From positions 11,222,001-11,286,000 of the forward strand of contig NC_045727.1 of the NCBI RefSeq assembly GCF_009834535.1: a DNA stretch of 64,000 nucleotides. Direction: 5' to 3'. This document shows, piece by piece, positions 1-13,039 of the stretch (position 1 is its first letter; the number at the start of each line of letters is the position of its first letter). The position numbers and the translations under genes were made by a program. The stretch is from Camelus ferus. Lineage: Eukaryota. The notes under the pieces are model-generated. The model worked only from the letters and a program-made list of their open reading frames with translations, ran no database searches and had not been told where the DNA came from.

Positions 1-379
1 TCCTTCCCATTTGCCAAACTGGCCCATCCTAGGTTGAGGGGACCAGCCTGGGACAGACAGGTGATGGGGAGAGGGGTACACGATCAGGGTCCCCACCTCT
101 CTTTCAAATGACTGCATGGGTTCCCTCAGAAAGGGTGGACTGTTCCCTGGTTCTCACTCTTTGCTGCATCTCATAGTATTTGCTAAAAGGCAAAGCACTA
201 TGGAATGTTCTAAGTTATGTTGAACAAGCTTTGGGAGTAATAAAGAACAGAAACTTAAAGAAATATTTCCAAATACTAATAGTATATTCAGACCTCCAGT
301 CCACCCAGAAGTGATGCTCACATGTGGACAGTAATTCACAGAGATGAGGTGGTGAGCATGACCTTTTGGGGTTAAATGA

Positions 380-1560
380 GTTAATATATATCAAATATTA
401 AGATGAAAATAAATTATGCATAACTCTAAGCAATAATGTTAATGATAGGACTTCTCATGTAAGAAGAAGAATCACAGAAAGAACCATCAAACAAAATCTA
501 ACAATTCGCTGTTTATAAGTTACAGATATGTAGCAAAATATACACAAATTTTAAAATAAAATGCAGAGCTAAATAAACACTCATGCATATGAAAATTCAA
601 AAAAAGTAAGGGGCTTCAATTATATTTGGAAAAGAGAAGTTGAAGCTTGAAGCATTAAAAGAGGCAAAGAGGGTACTCAAAGGCACAATTTTTCAGAATA
701 TCACTATTAAATTATTACGCCCCAAATATGATAGTTACTTGCTGATCATTTACCCTGCCTATTTCTTAAGAAGATAACTGCACCACTAACACAGTAACGG
801 CATACATAAGATAGAAACAGAAATGAAAGCAAAACAGAAATACATGAAGAAAAACAAGATCTGACTATGACTTGACCAGGTGAATGAGTATTCTTAAGTA
901 CTTTGGGGTCACAGAGCCCATCAAAAATGTGGTGAATGCTACAGACCACCCCCTCCCAGAATAATTCATTCATCCACGTATCCACAAGGCTTTGTTCAGT
1001 CCCCAGGGGTCCACAACCTCAAAACCCTTGCCCGCTCATGGACTGCTAGACAGTCGTTAGACCCCAGATTAAGAACTCTGAAGTAAAGAAAAGTTAGTGA
1101 AAATATGGATTTGAATAAAATAATTTAAAAATTGAGTTAATGAATAGAATTGATGGAGTAAAAACACATTTCCTGAGAGTGCACAGAGGCTTCATAAAAG
1201 CTGGTAACATACTCCAGCCCAGAGAGCTTCCATGGACGCTTAGAAATGTTCATACCGTGTAAAATAGAAACAGCAATGACCCCAGAAGTCACCGCTTTGC
1301 AATATTAAAAATAATAATACTTGGGCCAAAGGGAAAGTCTTAATACAATAGCAAAAAATATTGCATAGCAACCTTATGGAGCACAGAAAAAGCTCTAACT
1401 ATAAGAAAAAAAAATCATAGGACAAAGTACCACATTTACTAGAAACATTGAAAACAATAAACTGTATCTAAATAATTAATCTTAGAAATGTAAACTATTA
1501 ATTTAAAAAAAAAAAAAAAAGGAAAGGAAAGAACATGTACTTTGACAAAACAATTCCATC
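380..1560 (+). mobile_element. Old, degenerate LINE-1 ORF2 (endonuclease region) fragment
   Basis: Very A-rich plus strand with decayed L1-like phrases (e.g. atcaaacaaaatctaacaattcgctgtttataag) and no intact ORF. Boundaries approximate. Confidence 0.6.
884..1080. mobile_element. Probable hAT-Charlie (MER-type) non-autonomous DNA transposon inserted in the L1 fragment
   Basis: GC-richer island inside the A-rich L1, with imperfect inverted ends (gagtattcttaa ... ttagaccccagattaagaactctg, whose reverse complement cagagttcttaatctggggtc resembles Charlie-family termini). Confidence 0.4.
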
Positions 1561-4104
1561 AGGAAACAATCAAGAACTGGTGTTTTACAACACCCAACAA
1601 CATCTGTGAAAAGAAGGAAAAAAGGTAACACAATAAACAAAAACACACAATGAAATTCAAGGACAATTAAAGTATTACCAGGATGATCTCTTATAACATC
1701 ACACTGTTCAAGAACCTAAATAAATGAAAGGATTTAAAAATACATAATAAAAGGATGAAAGAATCTGAACCGAAGGAACCAGGTCTGCCCACGCTTCCGG
1801 AACAGAAAGCACCCGCCTGGCCTCACCGTGGTTATGAGAATCGGTGGAGACTTCAGAAAGCGGGTCGTAACCCCCACGTCACATAAATTGTCAAAAGGAA
1901 GAAAGGATGTGGCAGGGAGGAGAAAGTGCATATTCAACAACGTGAGAACCGCACACCATGAGCTGAGAGAAGCTGGGAGTGGGGGCATCTGGGGGTGGCA
2001 GGAGCCCAGGAGGCTTGTGGGAGGGGACCCCAGATTGCCTGAAAAGGGGGTTTACGTGTGGAACAGCCCCTGAAGGCTGGTTTTAAGGAGAGTGGTGACG
2101 TGTGCAAAGTGATGCTGCAAAGAAAACAATTTAGTTTGGTGTGCAGTATGCGGTGTGGGGGTTGGGGGATGTCCAGGTAGGAAGCAGATGCTCACCCTGC
2201 CCAAGAGGGACAGGCCTGGCCAAGGCCGAGGCAGAATGGGGGGGTGGGGGGCGAGGAGGTAGATCTTGGGGAGGGGGCGCTGTCCTGCACCGAGCAAGGG
2301 TGTCAGCGTTCTCTCTTCACTCCGGGTCAATGACGGAAGCTCCTCTGTGCGGGCTGCCCAGTCAGGCCAGTCCACCCGTTCATGTGGGGGTTCTGGGGGA
2401 CCCTGGGCTGCTGGTTAAATGCTCCACATACTCACATAGCAGAGAGGAGCTGGCCAAAGGCCATCTTCCCAGCCCAAGAGGCCTCTCATTTTAACATCTC
2501 TGGCCAACCAAGCCCCACTTACGAAGGAACAATTATGGCTTGTCCATTTTTATTCATCAAAACTATACTTAGCTGCCAAGCTGAGCTTCGGATTGGCTGA
2601 AATCACCGGCATTACCATGATGGGTTCGTGGGATTTTAGCCATTAACTTTCAGAAATCTTCAAAAGAGCTTAGACTGCCTCCCCCAACACTAGCTCTGAG
2701 GAGCCTGGGGGAGCCAGTACTAAAGACCATCGTGGACACACAAAGGCCCGGGACAAATGCTTACCAACCAGCCAGACATGTCATGGCCCAGGCCCACTCC
2801 TGGGTCGGGGGGCTGGGGACGCAAACACCTTCAAGCTCTGCGTAGCCAGGCGAGCAGGCCTGCCATGTGGGAGACACTGGGGCTGTGTGGGAGCCAGTAC
2901 AGTGCTCTTAGCCTGCCACACGGTGAGACCTTCCCATCACCTGGGGAGCTTCTAAAACACCACTATGTGGGCCCCAGCTCTGGGGATGCCCGACTGAAAT
3001 GGCCTGGGCGGGAAGCCCGGTGGGGGGGACAGAGAGGAGTACAGGATGGGACACACTGCTGTTGCAGCCCAGGGCACCCCCAACCCAGGGTACAGGCTTG
3101 AGGGAGCGTGGAAGAGCCTGGTGTTAGGAGAGGGCTGGCTGCAAGCCTGACCTGCTGGGAACCAAACAGGGGTGCGTCTCCTCTCCAGGAGGGGCAGGGA
3201 TCGCTCCAGTTTCCAGTCTCAGTAGCCAGTTGACAAAGGCCCTCTGAGTGCGGTCCCATTCTGAACAGGAGCCTGGCGCCAACCCCTGGCGGGATGTGGC
3301 GGGGTCCCAGTGTCCCTGCCTCACAGAAGGGGAGACAGAGCCTTGGGGCTTCCTCCAGATGACAGAGGCAGGAGGGGCCAGAAGTGGCACTTGAACCCAG
3401 ACCTTCTGTCTGAACCACCGTTGGTCCCCTGGCCCTGGATGGCGGGGAGGAGGCTGAGAGCTGCCAGACCAGAAGCTGCCCCGCGGACGTCCGAGGCACG
3501 CTGTAGTCGGTGGAGGGGGTCACTCCTGGCGGCAACCATCCTCTGGCCCCCAGGACCAAGCCTCTGCCCTCTGTGGACCAGACCAGCCAGCAGCCAGAAG
3601 TGCCCTTGCTCCAACCCCCGTGGTGGACTGAGACCTGCTGTGGCCTAAGCTCACCCCCCATCCAGAATCCCTCCAGACTATTCGTAACCTGGTTTGGCTG
3701 ACCCCACCAACGCCCGAGGACAGCTGCTGCGCCTCTACTTTGGATTTCTCTGTCTTTAGTGGATTTGGACTGTGAGCTCGCTTACTGCTAAAAGGGCCTG
3801 ATGGTAGAGTTCATCTCCTGTTTTCGTGGGTTTAACTCCACTTTCTCCCTCATGTTTATTCTTCAAGATTCTGGAAGAAGCAGAGAGGGCAAAACTAAAC
3901 CCTCTTGGCTTGGGAGTCACCCGTGAGCACGAGCTGACTGAGAGCAGCTCTGTCCTGGTGCCCTTCCTAGGCTCCCCTGCCTTCACCCAGTCCACCTGCT
4001 GGGCCTCAGGGTTTCTAGGCAGCCTGGGTACCAGGGAGGCGGGCAGGTCCCTGGGACGGAGGACAGGGTGCCAGTTCCATCTGGGGGAGGCGCGGGCCCG
4101 CCCT

Positions 4105-5451
<1,347 letters not shown>

Positions 5452-6565
5452 TGTGAGTCCAGGCTCCCCGCCAGCACCTGGATTTCTGGGGGACACACTG
5501 ACTGCTCTCACAATCTGAAAAGAAAACAAGGGACACTTTCGAGTCAGCAAGTCAAACACTCAGCATGTGCTGCAGTCTTAGTGGATGGAACCAAAGAAGA
5601 GGATGCCATCTTGCCCCTGTGGTGATCGTCACCGAGTCGGAGACAAGTCTGACTTACCAGAAACAACTGCCAGGAAGACAGACAGACAGACAGACAGAAA
5701 ACACCACACTGTGAGACTTGAAAGGCTCAGGATGTTCAGAAAAGTGGGCGGGGACAGGAAGTGGACATGTTCTGGAAAAGGGGCAAGACTCTGGCTACTG
5801 GAGGATGTTGGGGATGGGGTCTTGATGGGAAAGAGGGCCCACCTCCCTCCCACACTCAGTTGGCTGCACACCCTCTAGCCCTGTGTCCCAGCCAGAACCC
5901 TGGGAGGCAGTCTGGTCCTTCTCACTCTCTCACCCACACACCTCGCCCATCCATTTCCTGAGGGGTCTCTGCCTCTTCCTCGGTGCCACTGCGCAGCTCA
6001 GGTCTCAGTGTGACTCGCCTCCCATTGGCTGCCCATCTCCAGCATCTGCTCCTCCCTCCAGTCTGTTCTTTGCATGGACGCCAGGTTCAAATGCCCCAAA
6101 CACAGGCCTGATGGTGTCACCCGCCTTACAGCAGCCCAGCCCCTCCACGCCCGCTGCTTCTCCTCCCACACACCCCTAATCTTCCAGCGTGACAACTCCT
6201 GTGTGCCTCCCAACTGGTCCCACTGTTTTCTCAGATGGTCACCTGCTCATCCTTCCAGATTCCGTCCAAAGGTGCCCCCTCCTCCACACCCTCAGACTGA
6301 CAATCTCAGGCCGCCGCCTCTGTGACCTGTGGAGCTCAGTGTGCACGTCCATCACAGCACACACCACCCTGATGGCCAAACAAATATGGGGTGACTCTCC
6401 CCACCATCGCCTGCACCCTCCCCAAGGGCGAGTACAGGACCCCCCACACTGGAATCCCCAGATGCCAGCACAACCACACGATCTACACACACACACATCA
6501 GTTAACTAAATAAATGACCAAATGAAGGAAAAGCCATTTGTTTTTGTGTTCAAATTGATTGCCAC

Positions 6566-6815
6566 TTTTTTTTTTTTTGGCCAAAGAACTCTTTATTCAA
6601 GTAAGTCAATTACCTGGGAGATATAAATAAATAAAGCAGAGCTGCCCCATAGAGGGGGTAGAGGGGACAGTTTCACAGGGACGAGGGAGGAGGCCAGACC
6701 ATCCCACTTGGCCCCCCACCCCACTGTGGAGGCCCTGAGGGAGCCCTGCAGGACCCCATTCAGAAACAGCTGTGTGGCCATGTGGGCTCAGGGGGAACAC
6801 CTCAAGTACCTTTGT
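6566..6815 (-). pseudogene. Retroposed mRNA 3'-end-like fragment (AATAAA, 13 nt, then A13) of unidentified origin
   Basis: Plus strand has T13 at 6566-6578 and TTTATT at 6592-6597. The minus strand therefore reads ...tttatttatttatatctcccaggtaattgacttacttgAATAAAgagttctttggccAAAAAAAAAAAAA. No TSD identified. Confidence 0.5.
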
Positions 6816-6824
6816 GATGACAGC

Positions 6825-6950
6825 TCGAGTTTACTGAGCACCTACTGTGTGCTGGGCACTACCAGGACTTTTACAAGCATATCTCATTTACTCCTCATGA
6901 CCCCATACAAAGGTACTAGTCCCCTTGCACTGAAGCTCAGAGGGTAACTG
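6825..6950 (-). mobile_element. MIR SINE fragment
   Basis: tttactgagcacctactgtgtgctgggcact...tctcatttactcctcat is the reverse complement of the MIR 3' region. Confidence 0.7.
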
Positions 6951-7079
6951 CCTCAAAAAAAACCAAAACCCTAAATTAATTAGAACAATCATGATGGAAC
7001 TCATTCCTATTTGGATTCTTTTTTTTAATGAATCTTAAAAAGACCAGGTGTGGGGGGGAGCACAGAACTGAAGTATTCT

Positions 7080-7950
7080 CCTGAACCCTATGATCACCCC
7101 CACTTCTCTCTCCTCTTCGTAATCACGATCTCCAATCCTCCCCGACCTCTCACCCGACCCGTCAAGCCTAACGTCCCACCATCTTCACCCTGGTCCTCCC
7201 ATCCGAGTTCCAGCCCTCTCCATCTAGCCAGAGTTTTTCTTTAGTGGGTCCAACCATGGGCGTCACTTCAGCCAGCTCTCTGACTAGTGTCCCATTCCTC
7301 ACTCCCCTGCCCTGCTGCCGCCAGCCACTAACCACCAGCCTCCTCTGCCAGCTCCTCCTAAGATGCTGCATGTCGCCAAGGAAAATCATGACTGTGTCTG
7401 GCACGAAGACAAACTTCAAGTTTCCAGTTTCGGCTGGGACTTCAGCTCCAGCCTCCAACGACCTCCTTACAGCCAAATCCTCTCTCCTGGGCCCTCGCTT
7501 TCTCCCTTCTCTGGCAGTACTCACCAAGACCGCCTTTTCAAACCCCTCCATTTCAGAGGCTGCAGATTGGCACAGCCACGTTCTGTTTGGCTCTCAGAAG
7601 CAAGCTTTTCCTTTTTGTTCGACTTAGCTGCCAATATTTAAAACTCAGCTGGTTTTCTCATGAAAACCTGGAAGATGTAACACTATGGGCCCACCCTCCA
7701 CTGACCCACCTTACCTACCTGGACGCCTCCAGGTTCTGAGCTTGCTTGACAGCCCACCCCCAACTCCCACATCCTGCGTTTCTCCCTCAGTTTCAGAAGG
7801 TTGCTTTTCCCACTCTAATTTTCATGCCCTCCGATCCCTCTTTCTCAGCATCTGGAGACTGTAACTCTCCCTGCACCCGTCTGTTAAATCCTGCTGTTCC
7901 CAGGTACCAGCTACACGCTGCAGTCTGCACTGCGGTGAGAAGGTTGCCGA
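7080..7950 (+). mobile_element. Probable degenerate LINE-2 fragment
   Basis: C/T-rich plus strand with L2-like decayed coding texture. The short ORFs here have no recognisable cellular protein match. Confidence 0.4.
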
Positions 7951-8225
7951 TACTTTATCTGCGCCCTACGATGTTTTCAAAATTTTTGGACCTAAAATCC
8001 AAAGGTCTGGAACCCCATGCTTCCCACCTACTCGGGGCTTTCCCAGGCCCCTCCTGCATCGGTCACCCCATCCTCCGGGGGCCCCAGGGCCCGGACACTC
8101 GGCTGACCCTCGGGCCCGTCAGGACCTCCGGGCTGGAGGCCCGCACCTGCCTCCACCGACCGGGGCCGCCCACACCCACGCCGCCGAGGGACAGTGGCCA
8201 CACTGGCTGCCGCGGAGCCACTCAC

Positions 8226-8400
8226 CTGGGCCGGGCGGGGCCGCTCACCTGCGGGGGCGGGGCCGAGGGCGGGGCAGGGCGGGGCCGCACCTGAGCGTCT
8301 CCAGCGCGGGGCCACAGCCTCCTCGGCGGCGGCTGCTGACGCGGAGCCCGCGGCAGCCCGAGCGCCCGGAGCCCCGCCCCCGCCCGCGGCACTTCCGGGG
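8226..8400 (-). promoter_or_regulatory. ZNF70: ZNF70 non-coding exon 1 / CpG-island promoter
   Basis: CpG island at about 8050-8750. Minus-strand donors CAG|GTGAGT (exon end 8226) and CAG|GTGAGC (8249). GC boxes at 8255-8287 and an ETS motif CCGGAAGT at 8391-8398. TSS position is approximate. Confidence 0.65.
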
Positions 8401-9504
8401 CTGCTCTAGGCCTCGCGGAGGCCCGCGTCTCGCTGGTCCCGCCGCGCCGCGGGTAGCTGTCTGGCCGCGGGGCTCCGGGATGCAGGGAGGGGTTCGGGGG
8501 AGTTCGTCTGGTTGGCGCAGGGCTCCAGGCCGTCCCCCAACACGTCCCGGCTGGGCGGGCGTTGGCGGGAGCGCAGAGGAGGAAACTGAAGCCGGGAGGG
8601 CACCTGCCCGTGGGGTGGGGCCAGCCGAGGCCGTGGAGCTGCTGGGGTCCGCAGGAGGCGTGCCTAGGGCTGCGGAGCCCGTCACCCTGCGCAGGCCCCG
8701 GGTCCTTTGGGGATGCACCCTCCCTTCGTGGGGAGCCGTGGTCCTGCCTGCCCACCCCGTCCCCGCAGAGATAGATGAGGAGGGCCAGGAGCGCATCCAG
8801 GAGACTGCTGGGAGCATAGGCGGGACCCTCGAGACCCCAACTCTGCATCTGAGGGATGACCTCCGTTCAGAGGGCGCCTCTTAAGGGAACTGGGAGGGAA
8901 GAGGCATGTGTTCTTAAACCTGCTCCCCCACCCCAGAACTCGATTCGGCTTCTGATGACAAGACTTGCCCCTCCACCCAGTAGTCCCCCAACACCAATGC
9001 TCCGGTCCATCCTGCACCTCCCTTGGGGGCCACAGCCCTATAACAGGAAACCTCTAGAACACACTTTCCTGAGAGGAGGGCTGCTTCCTATTCTGCCCAC
9101 CTGCCCTCAGCACCTCCTGTCCTGGCCCTCAGGTGTCTTTGAATGCTCTCACCCTCCCCACACACCCACGTGCCTTCCTGCCCCATCCACAGTAGGCAGA
9201 GGCTGCCCCTCCCCAAGCTAGGAGCCTGGGCACCAAATGCAGTCACCCCGAGAGCGTTGGACCACAACCAGCCATGCAGAGCCGGGACCAGCAAAGGCTG
9301 GTTCCTTTTTCTCTCCCTTCGGCTCCTCAGGTCACAGGAAGGCAAGAGCCACCAGTCTGAGCCCCCTGGGAGCCAGTGGGGAGGCTGGGCCCCACCCCAA
9401 GGTTCTCAGGTGCTTCCTCTTCTGCAACAATCCCCAGAATCCCTGCCCCCATACTCTCAGATGGACCACAGTCACTTTTTCAGCAAGGATTTCATGACCC
9501 TCCG

Positions 9505-9582
9505 AATAGTTATTGTTGATATATTGAGTATTACTAACCCATTTTACGGAGGAGGGAAATGAAGGCTCAGAGAAAGGTCAGG
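9505..9582 (-). mobile_element. MIR core forming the distal VPREB3 3'UTR
   Basis: Minus strand reads tttctctgagccttcatttccctcctccgtaaaatgggttagtaat, matching the MIR core ctctgtgcctcagtttcctcatctgtaaaatggggataataat. Confidence 0.65.
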
Positions 9583-9636
9583 AGCAGAAATAGGAGGCAG
9601 ACGGGAGGCACTCATCCCACATCCCACATCCCACCC

Positions 9637-10738
9637 CTAGAATCCGTAGCCCACGGAGCAGTAATAATCTGCTTCGTCCTCTGGCTGCACGGGGCTGATG
9701 GTCAGGATGCAGGCGTTATGGGCTTTATCTGTGGCTGCTGAGAAGCGATCAGGGATGTCCGGGGGCCGGTGGTAGTCCTCCTCTGAGCGATAGTAGATGA
9801 GGTAGCGGGGGGCGCTGCCTGCCCGCTGCTGATACCAAGACACACCGTAGTCCCCGACGGTGGCGTAACGGGGGCTGAGCATGCAGGAAAGTTGGGCCAC
9901 TTGGCCTGGGAAGACCAGCAGTGCCTCTGGCTGGGTCAGGGCTGGGTGGGAGACTGAGAGACAGACACACTCAGGCCTGGCCTGGGCCCCTTCCCTCCTG
10001 CCCCACCCTACAAAGCCTTGGTCAGACTCCTGGGAGAATCCAAAAACTCACAGCCCCGTGCCACTGGATCAGCACTGGGTGGAGCACTGATTTGGCACCC
10101 CCTCAGCCCCCATTAGTGCCATGTTCACAAGGATCTATGTTCAGTTAAGGACCTAGAGTTCAGAGAGTGGGACTGGTGGCCTCTGTGTTCTTCTGCTGCC
10201 CTCCCTCATCCCTTACCCTGCTGACCCCTAAAACTTTGGTTACACTGGCTCTTCCAAACCCTGGCTACAGACTGACCACCCCCAGAGAGGCTCTTGGGCT
10301 GTTACTACCCATTAGCTGAGCCTCAGGCCACTGGCCCTTCGGGACTTTCTCAGTGTTAGTGTGTCCTGAGGTTCTGTCGGGACCAGATCACACCAGTTTC
10401 CCCTCTGTATAACCCAAAAGGTGACTAGTCTCTGAGACCCCAGAGAGTCAGTGTCAAAGGGACCCTAGCAATCTGGTCATGCACAAATGGGGAAACCGAG
10501 GCCCACGCAGAAGAGTGACCTGCCTAAGGTCTATGGCAGAGCCATCTGCAGTTTATCTTCCCCCACCTCAATGTCCCTTCCAGAACCCTCCCCACTGCCC
10601 ATAGCAATTTGCTTCCATTCAAGGGCTTTCTGGAACCCATGCTGTGTCCCACCCCACCCCCAGGTGAGCCGGGCCCAGGGAGGGCTCACCTGCCAGGAGG
10701 GCCCCAGCTAGGAGGAGAGCCAGACGACAGCAGACCAT
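9637..10738 (-). CDS. VPREB3: V-set pre-B cell surrogate light chain 3, 121 aa. Exons 10738-10690 and 9953-9637
   Basis: Leader exon MVCCRLALLLAGALLA with a phase-1 CAG|GTGAG donor. V-domain exon VSHPALTQPEALLVFPGQVAQLSC...WYQQRAGSAPRYLIYYRSEED...DEADYYCSVGYGF*. 49+317 nt = 366 nt. Confidence 0.95.
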
Positions 10739-10833
10739 GGCCAGGGGCAGGGAGGCCGGCGGGAGTCGTTCTGTTGGACGATACCCAGGTGCTTCAGGGA
10801 ACAGCAGGGGAGGCTGCTGGACCACGGCAGGGC

Positions 10834-10841
10834 ATGCAAAT
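10834..10841 (-). promoter_or_regulatory. Immunoglobulin octamer (ATTTGCAT) in the VPREB3 promoter
   Basis: Perfect octamer 96-103 nt upstream of the ATG, in the light-chain V-promoter orientation. Confidence 0.8.
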
Positions 10842-11089
10842 CAGCCCATTGACTGGGGCATGGGAGGGGTGGCGCTGGGGGGCCCAGCAGCCAGGCCCTG
10901 TCTTCCCAAACAGCAGGGTCCTGGCCCCACAGGACCTTCAGAGAACAGGAGCCTGGAAATCCACGTGTACAGTTATAGCAGGTGGCTACCTTTTCTTTGA
11001 GGTGTAACTCATATGGTAAAGTGCACACATCTCAAGTGTATGTTTATTTTATTTTATAAAATTGAAACTTAAATTCTTTTTTAGGCTTT

Positions 11090-11278
11090 TATTTTGGTAG
11101 GGGAGGTAATTATTTATTTAAATTTTATCTTTTTTTTTTTTTGGTGGGGGAAGGTAACTAGGTCAATAAATTAATTAATTAAAATAGACGGACGGGAGAT
11201 TGAACCCAGGATATTGTGCATGCTAAGCATGCACTCTACCACTGAGCTATATTCTCCCCCAACCCCGATTTTTATGTA
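11090..11278 (-). mobile_element. tRNA-Ala-derived SINE (Vic-1-like)
   Basis: Reverse complement reads ggggagaatatagctcagtggtagagtgcatgcttagcatgcacaatatcctgggttcaatctccc: A box, AGC anticodon arm and B box, followed by an AT-rich/poly(A) tail. Confidence 0.8.
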
Positions 11279-11289
11279 CCCTGCAGCCT

Positions 11290-11780
11290 CTACCCAGATG
11301 AAGATTTAGAACATTTCCACCTCCCCCGAATTCTCCCTCATAAGCCGCCCCTGTTAGTGACGGCCTCTTCACCCCCACCTGTAACCATCTTTCTAACTCT
11401 GTGGTTAGATCAGTTTGGGGTAGAAAGTCAACTTAAATGGGTTGCTAGTGTGTCCTCTTTAGTTCTTGCTTCTTTTGTTCAGCAGTAGAAGAATCATCTG
11501 TGTGTGCAGCCATGTTTAATTCATTTTCACATCCACTGTGTGGATGGACCACAATTAGTTTATCCATCTCCTATTAGTAGACATTTGGGTGCTTTCGTCT
11601 TTGGCCATAACAAAGAGAACTGCTGTGACTGTTCCTGCCTGTGACTCTGGTGCACCTGTGCTCTTGTTCCTGCTGAGTAGACACCCAGGACTGGGGACCC
11701 CGGGGGGTCGGGAACATTTCCATTTAGTATTAGTAGATACCACCAGGGTCCCAATATGGTTGTGCACATCGTAGGTAAGA
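11290..11780 (-). mobile_element. Old LINE-1 (L1M-type) 3' fragment
   Basis: tggatggaccacaattagtttatccatctcctattagtagacatttgggtgctttc...gctgtgactgttc is typical antisense L1 3' sequence. Confidence 0.7.
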
Positions 11781-11959
11781 GAGTTCTGAGACGTGGGGTC
11801 AACGTTCAGTCCCTTTAATTTGCCAGACAGAGGGGAGCTGACTGATTGGGATTCAACCTGAGTGAGCTGGGATTCAAACTTGACGCTTTGACATCTTGGA
11901 CCTTGCTGACCTTGGAGAGAACTTGGAGAGATCTGGAACCCTCCCAGGGTCAGTCAATT

Positions 11960-12372
11960 CCTAGAGACAGTAGCACACTTTTCAAATGCAAACCAGCCAC
12001 TCCTGAGCCCACACTCCCAACCACCTTCTCTAAGGGAGCTCTTGCATTGAGCCACTGTCTTCCCGCCCTAGTCACCCAGGGCCAGGTACCAGACAGCCAG
12101 GGACAGCCCCTGTGCCCCAGAGCCCTGAGGTTATTCCAACCAGTTATCCTGCCTTGCAGGTTGGTTCCTTCTCTCAGAAACCACAAGAAGGGGTCCTGCT
12201 CAGAGCTCCCCTCCATCTACCTCCTGACCAACCCTGGTGCTTTCCCATGTGGCCTGGCCCCCCACAGTGTGTCGTGCCCCCTCCTCTTGGGAACTGTGCG
12301 TCACAAATCATCTTCTCAACGGTGGTCATCTCCTGATCTGTTGGCCTTCCCATACCTGAATACTAAGAAAAC
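11960..12372 (+). mobile_element. ERVL-class solo LTR (MER54/MER73/MER74-like)
   Basis: cccagggccaggtaccagacagccagggacagcccctgtgccccagagccc...ccctggtgctttcccatgtggcc...cccctcctcttgggaactgtg...tctcctgatctgttggcc resembles this LTR group, and the segment ends in ...aaca. Family assigned from memory. Confidence 0.55.
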
Positions 12373-13039
12373 AAGTGAAAACAGTGCCCTATTGTTGCAG
12401 CCTGAGGGCTCACTTAGGGGAAGTTATGAAAGCCCCCCACTGTGGGTCCTACTCCGTTCCTAACCTCTTTAGAGTACCTCCGTGACGCTCAAGACAAAAG
12501 ACCCCTCCTCAGCGGCACTACAGTAAAACCCTTTGGACGACAGGGTGGTGGTCATTGGAGCTGAAGTTCCAGGGCCCCGAGCAGCCATCCCTTCCAAAAT
12601 CTAGCTGCAGCCACTCTTGCGCTTGTTCTGCAGGTCATGGGTCCCCAGAAACAGTGGCGTGCCGGGAAGGAAGTGCCCTGCGTGTAGGTAGGTTTAGGAC
12701 ATGCTGCCTGTTGCCCCAGTACTGCCTCTGAGCATCTGCTGTGTGCTCAGCCAGAGGCTGCACTTTAAAGGGAACTGCGTTTAATCCTTGTGCTGACCTG
12801 CTGCACGGTGGTGCTGTGAGCATGCTTTTCATCCCCTTTACAGGTGTTAGTACCGAGGAAAGTCTTGTCAGGAGCAACCCTGGTGAGCTGCACGGAGGAG
12901 CTGGTCCTCCTCCTGCCTCCTGCCCAGAGCTCTGCCTGAAGAGGGTGGATGATCAGCCTACTCCCCAGGGAGCCAGTTGGAGGCACAGCTAAGAAAGAGG
13001 TGCTCATGACCCGCTGGGAATCCGGGAGCCCCAGCCACA

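Noticed and set aside
11190-11265. tRNA-Ala-like sequences (also about 20030-20090 and 44958-45025)
   Set aside because: Mismatched stems, AT-rich tails and TSDs show they are SINE heads, not tRNA genes.
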